The notes below the pieces were generated by a model that searched no databases, was not told the origin of the DNA, and was given only the letters and a program-made list of their open reading frames with translations. The translations under genes were made by a program, and so were the position numbers. Positions 25,110 through 37,292 of a DNA stretch of 64,000 nucleotides are shown piece by piece. Every line of letters begins with the position of its first letter. The first letter of the stretch is position 1. This stretch comes from the human T2T-CHM13v2.0 reference genome, Homo sapiens. The stretch lies in the NCBI RefSeq assembly GCF_009914755.1, contig NC_060926.1; one strand, written 5' to 3'.

Positions 25110-26079
25110 CACTCATTCTAATGGAGGAAACTCCTTCTACTGGTGAAACGCTGTGTCCTAACTACTTTGAGAGAGATGAACGAAGCCAGTCCTCTCTTCT
25201 CTGGCTAGAAAAACCTAGAAATGAGTTGGAATGTGGGAGAAGCCCAAAGTAGAAGATGGAAGGTGATGGAGGGCGAAAAGGGTGGAGAAATCCTACCTGA
25301 CCAACACGGAGAGAGGCTTCAGGTGCAGACAGCATGCGGATCAGCAGGGAAGAGGTGGCCATTCAGGAGGAGGGAGGAGGCAGCAAATGCACGCAATGCG
25401 CAGAGCACGGCCTCCGCTGAGCAGCGAGCACAGACTTCAGCTTTGTGGTCTTAAAGAAGCCCTGACATGGAAAAATGCCCCCTCCCGAAATACACTTCAG
25501 ACTTCAGTTAACGTGAACTATGCAGCTCCTGGGCAATCAGTTATACTGTTAGGGCCTAAGTGAGAGGCACCAGGCCAAGTAGTAGTCAACAGTTTCCTTT
25601 CATGAGGCAGTAACAGGGTCTGTACTTGCCTCCCAGCCAGATACATTTAGAAACTGGAGAAACTGAGTCTGGTGGTTGCATCTGACTCTGGGCAGGACAC
25701 AGTGACTAGATTTTACGGAGTAGAGCACTAAAGGGGTGGGGCCTAGGCAGAAAAAGAGCTCCAGAAATCTGCACAGGGGACCCACTCGGTCTCTGGCTGA
25801 GTAGCCATCAGTGTGTGCAGGGGGTAAAACTCCATGAAGCTGGACAAAGTCGACTTCTGGGAAAGAACAGTTTCCAGGGAGTTGCAAGCAGATGACTCCC
25901 AGAGTTCACTTAGGGCTGAGAGTCGGCGAGCTCCCACTGGCCAGAGCAGAGGGGCCTCTCGCTGCACGCATGCAGCATTCAACAGGGACCCCATGGCCAT
26001 GCCTTGATACTGGGCTAAGCCCTTCCTGAAGAAAGCCCATTGCAGGCTCACCAGAAAGCTGAAACATCAAGCCTCAAAA

Positions 26080-27960
26080 GGTTTACACTGACTTGCAAGT
26101 ACCTTAACTGCTGTCAGAAAAAAAGTTCTAACACAGTTCAAAGGAATAGAACAAGATCTAGCACTCAAAAACGTAAAATTTGCAACGTATGGCAAAGCAA
26201 TGAGACATCTCTCGGCGTATGAAACAGGAAAATGTAACCCATAACAAGGGGAAAATATCAAGCCAACTCAGAACTGACAAAGACGATGAATTAGGAAACA
26301 AAGACATTACAACAGCTGTTATAAAAATGTTCAGTATGCTCTAAGAATTAAATGAAAAACATAAGGAGAGAACTGGAAAACATAAAAAGCACCAAACAGA
26401 ATTTCTAGAGCTAAAAAACAGGATTCCTAAAACACAATTCTATTGGATAAGTGTGGTGGCCATGAAAATGTGCTCTGCCAAGCTCCTACTGCAGGGAGGA
26501 AAGTGTGCTCCTCTGCAACGCTCCTGCTGCTCCTGACCCTGCATCTGCTGACCCTCAGGATCTGCTGCCTGTTCATGCCACGGCCACGCACGTTACAGAA
26601 TGTGCCTGGTCAGTGATGGAGCACAGAAGAGCTTCTGGTGCCAGCTGTTCCTGTGGACATGGGACTCCCTGACAGGCATCTTTGGCTCTAGGACACTCAT
26701 CAGCCTGGCCAAATCTTTCCTGGATTCTTTCTTCCTGTCTCTTGTCACAGTCCCGCAAGGAAGAGCAAAGGCTCTCCTGCCATCTCAGACTTCCTCTCCC
26801 CGATCCTTCAAAGGTGTTTTCTTCCAACAGACCTCTTCGACATCTAATCTCTTGGCTTCTGATTCTTGGAAGACCTAAACCAACACAATGCAATTAACAG
26901 CATATCATACACCCACAGAAGATAAGTGAGCTTGAAGGCAGAGCAGCAGAAACTATCCAAAATTAGGCACAGAAAGAAAAAGGCCAAAAACAAATGGACA
27001 GTCACAGGGACCTGTGGAAAATAGCAAGTCACCTAATGCATGGATACATAAGAGTCCCCAAAAGGGGGAGGATAGAAAAAAATCTGAAGAAATGATAACC
27101 AAACACTTTCCATGTGTTCTGAAAATGATAATCCTGCCACCCAAGAAACTCAATAAACCCCAGGCAGGATAAATACCAAGAAAACCACGCAGATGCATGC
27201 CATAATTAAATTATGAAAAACTAGTAAGAAAAAGATCACGAGAAAATCTTACAAACAACCAAAGGGAAAAAAGGTTCATCAGGGACAAGAACCAAAGCTA
27301 GGAAGAACTGCAGTCTTCTCATTAGAAACTATGCAAGCCAAGAGGCAATGGAATATCTTTTATGTGTTGGAGGGGAAAAAAAAACTGTCAACCTAGAATT
27401 CTATATCAAAAGAAAATACTCAACAAAATGAAGTTGAACTATATATTTTCAGAAAAGCAACAGCTAATAGAATTCACTGCTCCCAGATCTGTTCTATAAC
27501 AACTGCTAAAGGAAGTTATTCACACAGGAGAAAGATGATGCCGGGTGGAAACTCAGGTCCACACAAAGGAATGAAGCACATCAGAAATGGTAGAGGGAAG
27601 GATAAAAGACTAAAAGACTAAAAAATTGTTTCAATCTCTTTAAAAGATAACTTACTGTTTAAAGCCAAAATCACAACAGTCCATTGTGTGGTTTCTGTGA
27701 AAGTATATGAGAATAACAGCACAAAGAACACAGAGGGCAGGAACAGCTGTGGCCTCGGGCCAGATACCTGCATTCTGTGTGAGGCGGTTAAATGCTGACA
27801 AGGTGTGGATTGACTGTGACAAGTTAGAGTTGCCCGTGGTGAAACCCTACGGCAATCATCAGAAATGAAATAAAGAGGGGTAGCTCGTAAGGCCACAAAG
27901 GAAATAAGATGGAATTACAGTACATAACCATTCTAAAAAGAACTTAGGAAAAGATGTAAA
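26080..27960 (+). mobile_element. Old L1 (L1M-type) ORF1-region fragments, decayed
   Basis: A-rich L1 motifs: gaatttctagagctaaaaaa, aactgtcaacctagaattctatatc, agaattcactgc. Many stop codons. Confidence 0.7.
26452..26887 (+). mobile_element. ERVL LTR (LTR33/LTR16-like) inserted in the L1
   Basis: Starts tgtggtggccatg and ends ggaagacctaaaccaacaca; GC-richer block splitting the L1 sequence. Confidence 0.5.
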
Positions 27961-28699
27961 TGTGAATCTCACCTGCTATTATATATGGTTGAAATGTAAG
28001 GTAAGAATGAGCAGGTAGTTCAGCCAGAGAGGGCACCTCACCTCCCTCTAAGAAAGTTCCTATCCAGGGTTTGGCTAATAACAACAGATGTCACTGAATC
28101 ATTCATTTTTATGGACAAGCTTCTCTGTGTCATTATTTCAGTTTTTGCAAAGACAGCCTCTAACACTTAACAGCCCTACTACTGCTCTAGGCAGTTACTT
28201 ATCAGAGAACTACAGTAATGAAAGAAGTGCCACACAAAAACATTCTCAAATGCTACTTTGTAAGAAGAAAGCAGAAAAGAACTTATTTGGTGAGTGAATG
28301 TGATTAACTTGATAGTAGATATATCTCAGGAAATGTCATTCAGGAGAAAGCCAAAGAAACCTCCTGAACAAGCACCTCCCCGCCCAGGTACATCGCAAGG
28401 GTCTCCAAGTAGGTCTTCCTTGAGTGTGGCAGCTGACTTGCTATTCCTGGCCAAGGCCATGGCTTTTCTCTACTGAACACCTATGCCACTCACTCTTTTT
28501 GAAGTGCTGTCCTGAGCCACCTCTGCCTCCTCGAATCCTGCCATGAAATAATGCCCCTTCCTTCTCAGAGCTCCCTTCATCCTTTGACTTTTCTTTGGTA
28601 CTCATCACAAAGTTATGTCCAATGCAATCATTGATACACTTACTGATATTAGTGGGCAGCCTCTAAGTAGAAACCTTTTTACTAGTGTTATTTCCTGTG

Positions 28700-28860
28700 A
28701 CCCTGACAGCATGAGGTAAAGGAAGGCACAGTCTCTGTTTTAAAAGAGACAGGGTGTTCAGAGACTTGACTTGCCTACGGTCACGTGGCTAGCTGGTGGC
28801 AGGCTGAAAGTGGAGCCCCGATCTTTTAATGATCAAGTCCAGGATCTTTTTCCCACTACA
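28700..28860 (-). mobile_element. MIR fragment
   Basis: tgacttgcctacggtcacgtggctag...ggcaggctg...gatctttttcccactac. Confidence 0.6.
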
Positions 28861-29247
28861 GCATGTAAATATTCGTTGAATTAAATTGTAACTTTTAGTG
28901 TGCTAACTCTTAAAAATAACACAATAAGCTCTTTCCTCAATCACATACTACTTATACGAGGTTTTACTGAATTCCCCTCATTCCCTCCAATTTTCCATTT
29001 ATCTGTCAATCAGCATATATATAGTAAAGGTATGTTGCTCAAGGTCTCAGCTATGAGATTTCTTGGGTGTCTGTTAGGTTATGGTCCACAATCCACTCTA
29101 CCCAGATAAAGGTGACTCCAATCTTTCTGCAGGTCCTTTCGTATGTAACTCAAAGCACTTCTCTTGGGGGATGTTTATATCCTAGTAGTCACCTCAGGGA
29201 CATTCAAGGATGCTCAGTTTCCCAGCTGAAAGAGTTTTCATGAAGGA

Positions 29248-29272
29248 TGTGTGTGTGTGTGTGTGTGTGTGT
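29248..29272. repeat. (TG)n microsatellite
   Basis: ~12 TG units followed by a TA-rich tract. Confidence 0.9.
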
Positions 29273-30634
29273 ACATGTATACATATATTTGTAAATATAT
29301 TGATAAATATTATACATATAAATAAATATGTGTATATTCCAGCAACAAACCCTTTATTGTATTACTGTAAATATATAAATTAAACAAAAAAACGATTGAG
29401 TGAGGGCCTGTGTACCGGGTGGGCTTCACTCTGCTGGGGCAAGCAATGGGTTATGCCAAGCATGACTGGCTCCCCTCTCTCTAGATGCACTAAGGAGCTT
29501 CAAAATACTGCACAGTTCTGGGGTGATTTGGAAATTCCAGTTTCCAACTCCTATTTTCCATTATAACATATAAATGCTAATCAATTCTGCTTGGAGTTTT
29601 TCATTAATTTTAAAGAAGAGCACTATAGATATTAAAGACACTTCTCTGATACACAATTTCCCTTAATTTCCATTACTGTAGAACACAAATCGAATGTAAC
29701 AAAATTGGCATAAATTTTCAAAAAATCTTTTAACAGTCAACTTTCAAAAACCATATTTTTATTTTGAAAATGTGTGTTCTATTTTTTAACACATAAAACT
29801 ATAGCTTCCTACAAATATATCATTATTTAGCTGTCATATTTGTTGCAATGAGTATTAACAATAGTTCAAATGTCTTAATCCTCCTTAACTCTTATTAGCT
29901 GTGAATAATAGAAAAGCTCCTAACCTAAGTGCTTGTTTTAAACCTGAAAATGGTATGCTTTCTAAAAATTCTAAAGTAAATACAATCATATGTAACACAC
30001 TGTAAAGTCAGGGCACTTGATTTTCCAGATTGCATGTAAGACAGTATCTTACCACTTTCCATCAGTAGACAGGCAGATACCACATACCACAGCAATCACA
30101 TACAAACCAATGGACCTGGTAAAGATCACCTTTTATGCTCATCATCTTCTTCGAGGGACACATGCTGATAATTTTCCATACACAGAGATGTAAATAACTC
30201 GGGCATACAGATTAACGCCGAGTTTCTATGATTAATTTCCACAGTGCAGGTGGCAGGGCACAAAGTGGAGAGAACACTGAAGGCATTACGCATTTACTTT
30301 CAAACTTAATTAAGTAACTTATAAACTGAAAATTTGTATTTTAACACAACTAGATACCAAACTGAGTTCCAAGTAAGGTCTGAATGTCATGAGGAATCTA
30401 AAGCAGTCACGTCTGGCCTTCCGTCTCCCGCATGTTTAGGTAAACTGATCCTAGTGCCTTTCTGTAAGGTGAATTTCATAAAGGCAAGAACATACAGTAT
30501 TAACATATTAAAGTTAATAAAAACATCTCTGTTTTAAAAAATGGTAAGGGAGAACTCAATACTGAAAATGAAAACAACTTGAGATAGTAAAAGAAACAAA
30601 AATAGCAGGCGAGAAAACAGAAGATTCTGTTGTC

Positions 30635-30763
30635 CTAGCAACTATCTTGGACACGATCAGCTTCAAGGAGGGAACGATCAGCTTCAAGGAGGGAACGATC
30701 AGCTTCAAGGAGGGAGCACAGTATCTTAACAGCATCTGGCTTCCTTCCATTGAAGAGACTGAA
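30635..30763 (-). CDS. NDUFA10: Candidate alternative terminal exon of NDUFA10: FSLFNGRKPDAVKILC(SLLEADR)3VQDSC*
   Basis: Strong acceptor ggtttctattttaccag|TTC in phase 0 with exon 9, 42 codons to TAG. No transcript evidence is available here. Confidence 0.35.
   Translation of the reverse strand, partial: FSLFNGRKPDAVKILCSLLEADRSLLEADRSLLEADRVQDSC
30653..30715. repeat. Perfect 21-bp tandem repeat x3 (acgatcagcttcaaggaggga)
   Basis: Three exact copies read directly. Confidence 0.97.
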
Positions 30764-31011
30764 CTGGTAAAATAGAAACCAAATCACAGTTTGTCTAATC
30801 CAAAGAAGGGCTGTACAGAAATAAAAAGTGACCTGATACAATGTTTAAAACGTGACTTTAAAAAATCAGCAGCCTGTCCTGCACACATTCAGTATTTTCA
30901 TGAACTTACACAGGGTCAATTCCGGGCACAAAATGAGGAGGGTCGCTAAGGAAAAACATGTTCATATATATTGCTCAGACCCCAGGTACACATGCCCCAC
31001 TGAAAATGCTG

Positions 31012-31328
31012 CTTTACTTATTTATTTTTATTTAATTTTAGTTTTTTTGAGATGGAGTCTCACTCTGTTGCCCAGGCTAGAACACAGTGGCAATTCTGGC
31101 CCACTGCAACCCCCGCCTCCTGGATTCAAGTGATTCTCATGCCTCAGCCTCCCGAGTAGGTGGGATTACAGGTGCTCGCCACCACGCCTGGCTAATTCTT
31201 GTGTTTTTTAGGAAGAGACAGGGTTTCTCCATGTTGGCCAGGCTGATCTCCAACTCCTGACCTCAAGTCATCCGCCCGCCTCAACCTCCCAAAGTGCTGG
31301 GATTACAGGCGTGAGCCACTGCACCCAA
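31012..31328 (-). mobile_element. AluS SINE
   Basis: Full dimer; TSD-like tgaaaatgctg / tgaaaacgctg. Confidence 0.93.
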
Positions 31329-31597
31329 TGAAAACGCTGTTTTAGATGAAAACTTGGATTCCTGAGGCATCAGTGCCCTAGCGCTGGGTGTCGCCTAGAG
31401 TGTGGACAGGTGCCTGAGAGCCATCAGGACACTAGCCAGACAAGTGACAAGACAAACACTCCAAGGTCACAGGATCAACAAAACCAAAAATCATAAACCC
31501 TTCTATTCATATGAAAATCTAAGATCCACTCTGCTGTGAAAAGGTCTTTCTTTACTCGTCTGTGTACCCATGTCACCAGCATGTTCATCAAATGAGA

Positions 31598-32449
31598 GTG
31601 TGGATGTCCCCTCCAAATCTCATGCTGAGATGTAACTCACAGTGTCAGAGGTGGGGCCTGGTGGGAAGTGTTTGGATCATGCGGGCGGATCCCTCATGAA
31701 TGGCTTGGGCCATCTCCTTGGTGATGAGTAGGCTCTTACTCTGAGTTCACACAAGACCTGGTCATTTAAAAATACGTGACACTCTACCACCAAAGATCTG
31801 GTCATTTAAAAATACGTGACACTCCGCCACCAAAGAGCTGGTCATTTAAAAATATGTGACACTCCGCCACCAAAGATCTGGTCATTTAAAAATATGTGAC
31901 ACTCTGCCACCAAAGATCTGGTCATTTAAAAATATGTGACACTCTGCCACCAAAGAGCTGGTCATTTAAAACTATGTGACACTGACACTCTACCACCAAA
32001 GAGCTGGTCATTTAAAAATATGTGACACTCCGCCACCAAAGAGCTGGTCATTTAAAAACATGTGACACTCCTCCGCCACCAAAGAGCTGGTCATTTAAAA
32101 ATATGTGACAGACACTCCGCCACCAAAGATCTGGTCATTTAAAAATATGTGACACTCCGCCACCAAAGATCTGGTCATTTAAAAATATGTGACACTCTGC
32201 CACCAAAGATCTGGTCATTTAAAAATATGTGACACTCTGCTGCCCCATTCTCTTGCTCCTGCCTTATTAGGATGTACCTGCTTCCCCTTTACCGTCTACC
32301 ATGATTGTAAGTTTCCTGAGGCCTCCCCAGAAGCAGAAGTTGCTATGCTTCCTGTACAGCCTGCAGAACCGTGAGCCAATAAAACCCTCTTAAATAAATT
32401 ATCCAGTCTCAGACATTTATTTATAGCAATGCGAGAACAGCCTAATACA
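31598..32449 (+). mobile_element. MST-family MaLR LTR carrying an internal minisatellite
   Basis: tggatgtcccctccaaatctcatgctga...ccatgattgtaagtttcctgaggcctcccc...aatgcgagaacagcctaataca. Confidence 0.9.
31758..32240. repeat. 40-bp minisatellite, 12 units (ctggtcatttaaaaatatgtgacactcYgccaccaaagaK)
   Basis: Unit starts at 31758, 31798, 31838, 31878, 31918, 31958, 32004, 32044, 32087, 32131, 32171, 32211. Confidence 0.97.
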
Positions 32450-35089
32450 ACCCCCACACCTTAGTCTGTGCATGGTGCTCACCCCAGGGGCCCTGCAAGA
32501 AGCAGGGAAATGGGAAGCAGCATGGCCGCCCGGCCACACTTGCCCAAATGTGAGTCCTGCCCTCCCAGAAGCTGCAGGACCTCAGAAAGCCACTGTGTCC
32601 AACTGCTCATTTGCAAATGGGAATAAGAATAATAGTGTCTTCTTGTGGCAACAGCATAGTGCCCAGCACACAGAAGGTGCTCGGGGTGACCTGGTATTGT
32701 TACCACTGCGATCAGCAGCAGAAGTGGTGCCCTCTTCAGCCTCAGTCTCTCTGCTCTTTCCCCTTCTTGTCAGGTCCTATTCAGCCCATGACACTCCAGC
32801 CCCCAGCCCATAATCCTTCCTTCCACCAGCCTCTCCCCACCTCGCAGGCCATGGCTGCCAGATTAATCCTAAGTGCCTCCTGGATCAAGCGTCCACACTT
32901 CCTCCCTATTGCCAGCCACCCTCCTGGATCCCAGACCGTCGGTTCTGTATCTCTTGCTGTTCCCAACCAAAGCCACAGCACCAGCCAGGAAAATGTCATC
33001 TTAACCATCACTCCACATCATCCATTTAGTAGTCCTACCTTGAGCTCTGGGTCTCTGTTTTAAAATTTATCTGATAGGGTTTCTAATAGTCAAGAAGTTA
33101 CTCTAAATAAAGCCCATAAATCCTCAGTATCTATGAATCTTAAATTCTGGTTCAAATTCCAACATCTCTGACCACCTTTCTTAATCATCCCATCAACGCT
33201 GATGAGAAGTTCTTCACACTGCAATTCAAGACTTGGTTACATAACAATGTGCAATGCCCTCTGACTCTGCTATATTTGAACTCCTCGGGTTAATCTCATG
33301 CCTGCTGTAACCCCCACGTGGCTTAGGATGGAAAGTAAGCTCCACGGTCCACCCTGAGACCCTGTGCGATCTCGCCCCACTCGCCACCCTCCCCACCTGT
33401 TCTGTCTCCTTTCCCTTCACATCATGGCCCTTGCCGGCCATGCCCTGCAGCCTCCGGCCTTCACAGCCATCCTCCTTCTCCCTCAACTGCCCCCCCCAAG
33501 ACTCTACTTGGCAAACTCATACCCATCCTGTGAGGTGCGAGTCTTGAGACCCCAGACACAGCAACCTACCGCACATCCCTACCCTCTCACGGGTCCCCAC
33601 AGCCTCTGGGATTCCATCGCATCATCTGCGCACGTGTCTCTGCCGAGTCTCCAGGGTGTGGAAACTGGGTTGTGTCTCCAGCCCTGGTGCAGTGTCTGGC
33701 ACTGAGTGCGGTGAAATGGGGGCCAGACGAATGCACAGGGAAGGTGGAGCTCCCGCCGACAGGCTGAACAGCCTTGAGTGTACTGAAGAGTGACAAGGAG
33801 GAGCCACAGCAGAAGGCGAGGCGACTCCACCATGCGGAGCCAGAAACTATGAGCTGTGGCAGAGGCTGAGAGCGCTCAGAGTGGCCCTAGGAAGGAGTTC
33901 CAGTAAAAAGACATGATTCTCTCAGTAAGAGCAGCTCCCAGAACACTGGCAACTTCTGGGGCACCACTGATTTAGACAACTGCAACCCAAACAGCAGCTG
34001 TGCACCTCTTAGAATTACACAAGGGCAAGCAAAGCAAAAATTACAGAACCCCAAGAAGAAAAACGAGTTGGCTGGACCCCTCCCAGACTCAGGTCTTGGT
34101 GCCTTTGACTCCATCCAGCCACAGGAAGAGCTGGGAAACCTTCCCCCGCCAAGCAGATCTCCCTAAACTCAGACTGGAAGCCAGGTTCAGGGATAAGGAA
34201 ACACAGACAAGAGAGACAGCAAGTCTAGAATGGGCAACTGGACCTTCTTCCTAACAGTAACGAAGGCCACTGGACCCCAACTGCCGTCTTCTCGTGTTGT
34301 TCAAAGTCACCCATCCATTGGCAGGTGCAGGTGGGCGAGCACAGGCACCTGGGATCCGGAGCCCCATGAGCTGCCACTGCTCCTGCCAGCGTCCCGCCAC
34401 TGTCCCTGAGTATGGCGTGCTAGGCCCTCTAACTCGCCCCTGACACTGCTCCTGTTTCTGGAGTCCCCATTTAAGGGTGCAGTTGATGGGAAAGAGCAGG
34501 CTTCCCAGACACCTAGAAGAGGCAGCCAGGCCCTTCACGCAGGTGAGAGGATTCACAGGGACCTGAACCACTGTGTGGAGATCTGACTCCACGAGTGCTC
34601 CACAGCTGGACGACCGTGCCCCTTAAAGGCCAGTCAAGACATCTCCAAAACCAATCTGTTCCAGAGAGACTCATTAGCCATCACATCCAGGATGTTCAAC
34701 CATGTATATTTATAATGTTAAGCACACAAACTGCTGCTTTCACGCTAGGAGAACGTAAATATGACACATCAAATGGCTGTAATCTACTGTCTGGAACTGG
34801 CCCTGTGATGTGAAGAGCACCAGTGGATTTTAATCAAGGAATGAGATGCTTCAATGACAATGGCCAACGTGGTCACTGGGCCTGGTCAACCACCCAGCAT
34901 GGGTCAGCTGGCTTTCTCAGCTACGCTCGCAGCACCCTGGATGTAGGTTCTGTGCCTCCACTCCACACATGGCCAATCCAACAGAGTGTCTCCCCATGGG
35001 AGGAAAGAGCCCTCACCCACCCCTCCAGCCTCCCCTCAGCAGACTAGGTTGGGGTCCTATGAAACAAACAGTGATCTGGCCTGGCCACG

Positions 35090-35209
35090 CCTGCTTGGTG
35101 AACTGGGATCTCTGATGAGCTGAGAGGCCTCCCTGCCTCTGGGATCCCTGCTTGGTGAACTGGGATCTCTGAGGAGCCAAGAGGCCCCCCTGCCTCTGGG
35201 ATCCCTGCT
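35090..35209. repeat. 57-bp tandem duplication
   Basis: cctgcttggtgaactgggatctctga... at 35090 and 35147. Confidence 0.9.
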
Positions 35210-35759
35210 CCATCAACGGTCCCATTCCTCTCTTGCATCTTTTCCCTCTTTCCACAAGCACTTACCCTTTTGCCTATAAACACACTGAGAATGCCTTAGC
35301 CCTTAAAAACAAGACAAAATAACAAGCTATAGAAGATGGAATCTCTAATTCCCACCAGTCTCCTGACACTTCTCTCAAGGTTCACCTATGACCTGGTCAT
35401 CAACGCAGTATCCTGGGCATGGTCAACCTTCACCACCCCTGACCTTCCTGCGGCCTCTGACAGACACTGAAGCTCCTCTACAGGCTCCTCTGCTGGCGCC
35501 CAGGGCCCACACAGTCTGGCCTGCCTCCTAATACTCTGGCGAGCTTGGTCCTCTTCACCAGCTCTTCTTCCTTTCAGCAGAAAGCTCTTCTGACCAACCC
35601 CGATTGGATCACTCACAAGCCAGCCTACACAGGACACCAAGTGGCAGGACCTGCTCCCACTGGCCCACAGGCACTTCTGTCCCTCCCACCAAGTGGTATG
35701 AGTCAGTGGTCTGTTTCCCAGCAGCGACGCCAGTTGTACTTGTCATTGCAATTGCAAAA

Positions 35760-35920
35760 TTTAATTAAATGTTATGAAAACTACGCGTCTGAAAAGGAAG
35801 AGCTGCTGTTCTGTTAAAACTAGGCTGAAACACTTTGGAACCATTTGATGAAGGTGAGTCGCTAAAATAAGGTCTATTGAAATAGGTGTGGGCGAACCAC
35901 CTGTAGGTGATTTGGGGAAG
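35760..35920 (+). mobile_element. Tigger-type transposase 5' remnant
   Basis: Frameshifted translation ~KRK...KTRLK...FDEGESLK...IEIGVGE resembles the CENP-B/Tigger HTH N-terminus. Confidence 0.4.
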
Positions 35921-36779
35921 AATTCTGTCTTCCCACCGTTTGTATGCTTTTTAGAAACCTAAAAAAGGAGTTTCTGCTTATAAAAGAACTTGAGCTCTAA
36001 TAAAAAAGTATCTTAAAAGACATGGAGCTCTTTTCATGTGAAAGTTAGAATAACGGCTTTGTTTCAATATATAAGCTCCAAACAGATTTCAGAAATTAGC
36101 TCAGACACAGGGTGGGCGAGCCTCCCCAGCGTCACACCACTCCCTGAGAGGTGCGCTCCTGTGTAACCCTTTCTGGGCTCATCCATCCATCAGTAAATTA
36201 AATTAAACATAAGGGTCAGGAAAAGATCCATGAGGAAGTATGCCTGGGATTCCTAAATTAAAGCCTTTACACCAAAGTTCCTTTGTTACAAACGGCAAAT
36301 TCCTATCTTAGAACCCCACCCCACAGCCCACCCCACCCAGCTGCCACTACCTGTCTCTATTGTGCTTTATAGTTAGACCCCAGTGCTGGCTGAACTCGCT
36401 CCACCCCTCTCCTCCAGTCACACACACAACTCTGCAGGAGAGGCAACACAGCAGAGGCCCAGGGCTCCACCGTCCGGTGAGGAAAGGCCACCACCAGGCC
36501 CTCAGCAGCCCGCTCCCCACCCTGCACCTCTTCCCTGACTCCCTCTGCTGGAATCCTTCAGCAATAGTCTGCTTAATTTTGAAAACCTAAAAAGCAAGAA
36601 GCAACTTGGCTGGGCAAGGAGGGGCAACAATGCCCCTGTTAAGTGGGGGCTCTCGGGAAAAGACAGTGCCTACTCTCAGCGCCCCCGCCCATAGCACCAG
36701 CACTCTCACCTGCACCACCAGGACCCTCCCTGACCGCCTTGGCCCTCTGCCTTTGCCCCCACAGTTGATACTCGACGTG

Positions 36780-37292
36780 GCAAGCAGAGCAACCCTTTAA
36801 ACCTGAGACCCAGATGATGCCACTCTCTGGCGCACCAACGCCACCACCTCACCAGGAGTACCGCTGAACTGAGGTCCCCGTGGCAGCTGCGGACCCCGGC
36901 TGACCTTGGCCTGCTGCCTTTTCAGCTCACTCCCTGCTCAAGCTCACCCCACCCGCATCACACCTCACCATGACGGGCTCTTCTCTAGCTCCAGACCATG
37001 TCCACCTGTTCCTGCCTTCCGGGGGGTGCCTGCTCCCCTACACCCCCACATCCCTCACTCCCCTGTGGCGCCTGCTCCCCTACACCCCCACATCCCTCAG
37101 TCCCCTGCGTCAGGTGCCTGAGACCTCTCTCCACATGGCAGCCTCCTCGCTGTGCTTTCTCCAAGACCCTGGCACCCTGTTACCTGTCTATCATCTGTTC
37201 TCCCTGCCCACTAGGAGGTGAGCTGCATGAGGGCAGGGCTTGGCTTCACTCTCGGGTGTGGCCCCAATGCTTACAACAGTGCCTGGCACGAT
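36780..37292 (+). mobile_element. L2 3' fragment containing a 42-bp duplication (37028-37107)
   Basis: gtgagctgcatgagggcaggg...acagtgcctggcac is the L2 3' terminal motif. Confidence 0.65.

Noticed and set aside
31758-32240. CRISPR-like look of the regular 40-bp array
   Set aside because: Units are head-to-tail with no unique spacers and no cas genes. It is an LTR-derived minisatellite in human DNA.
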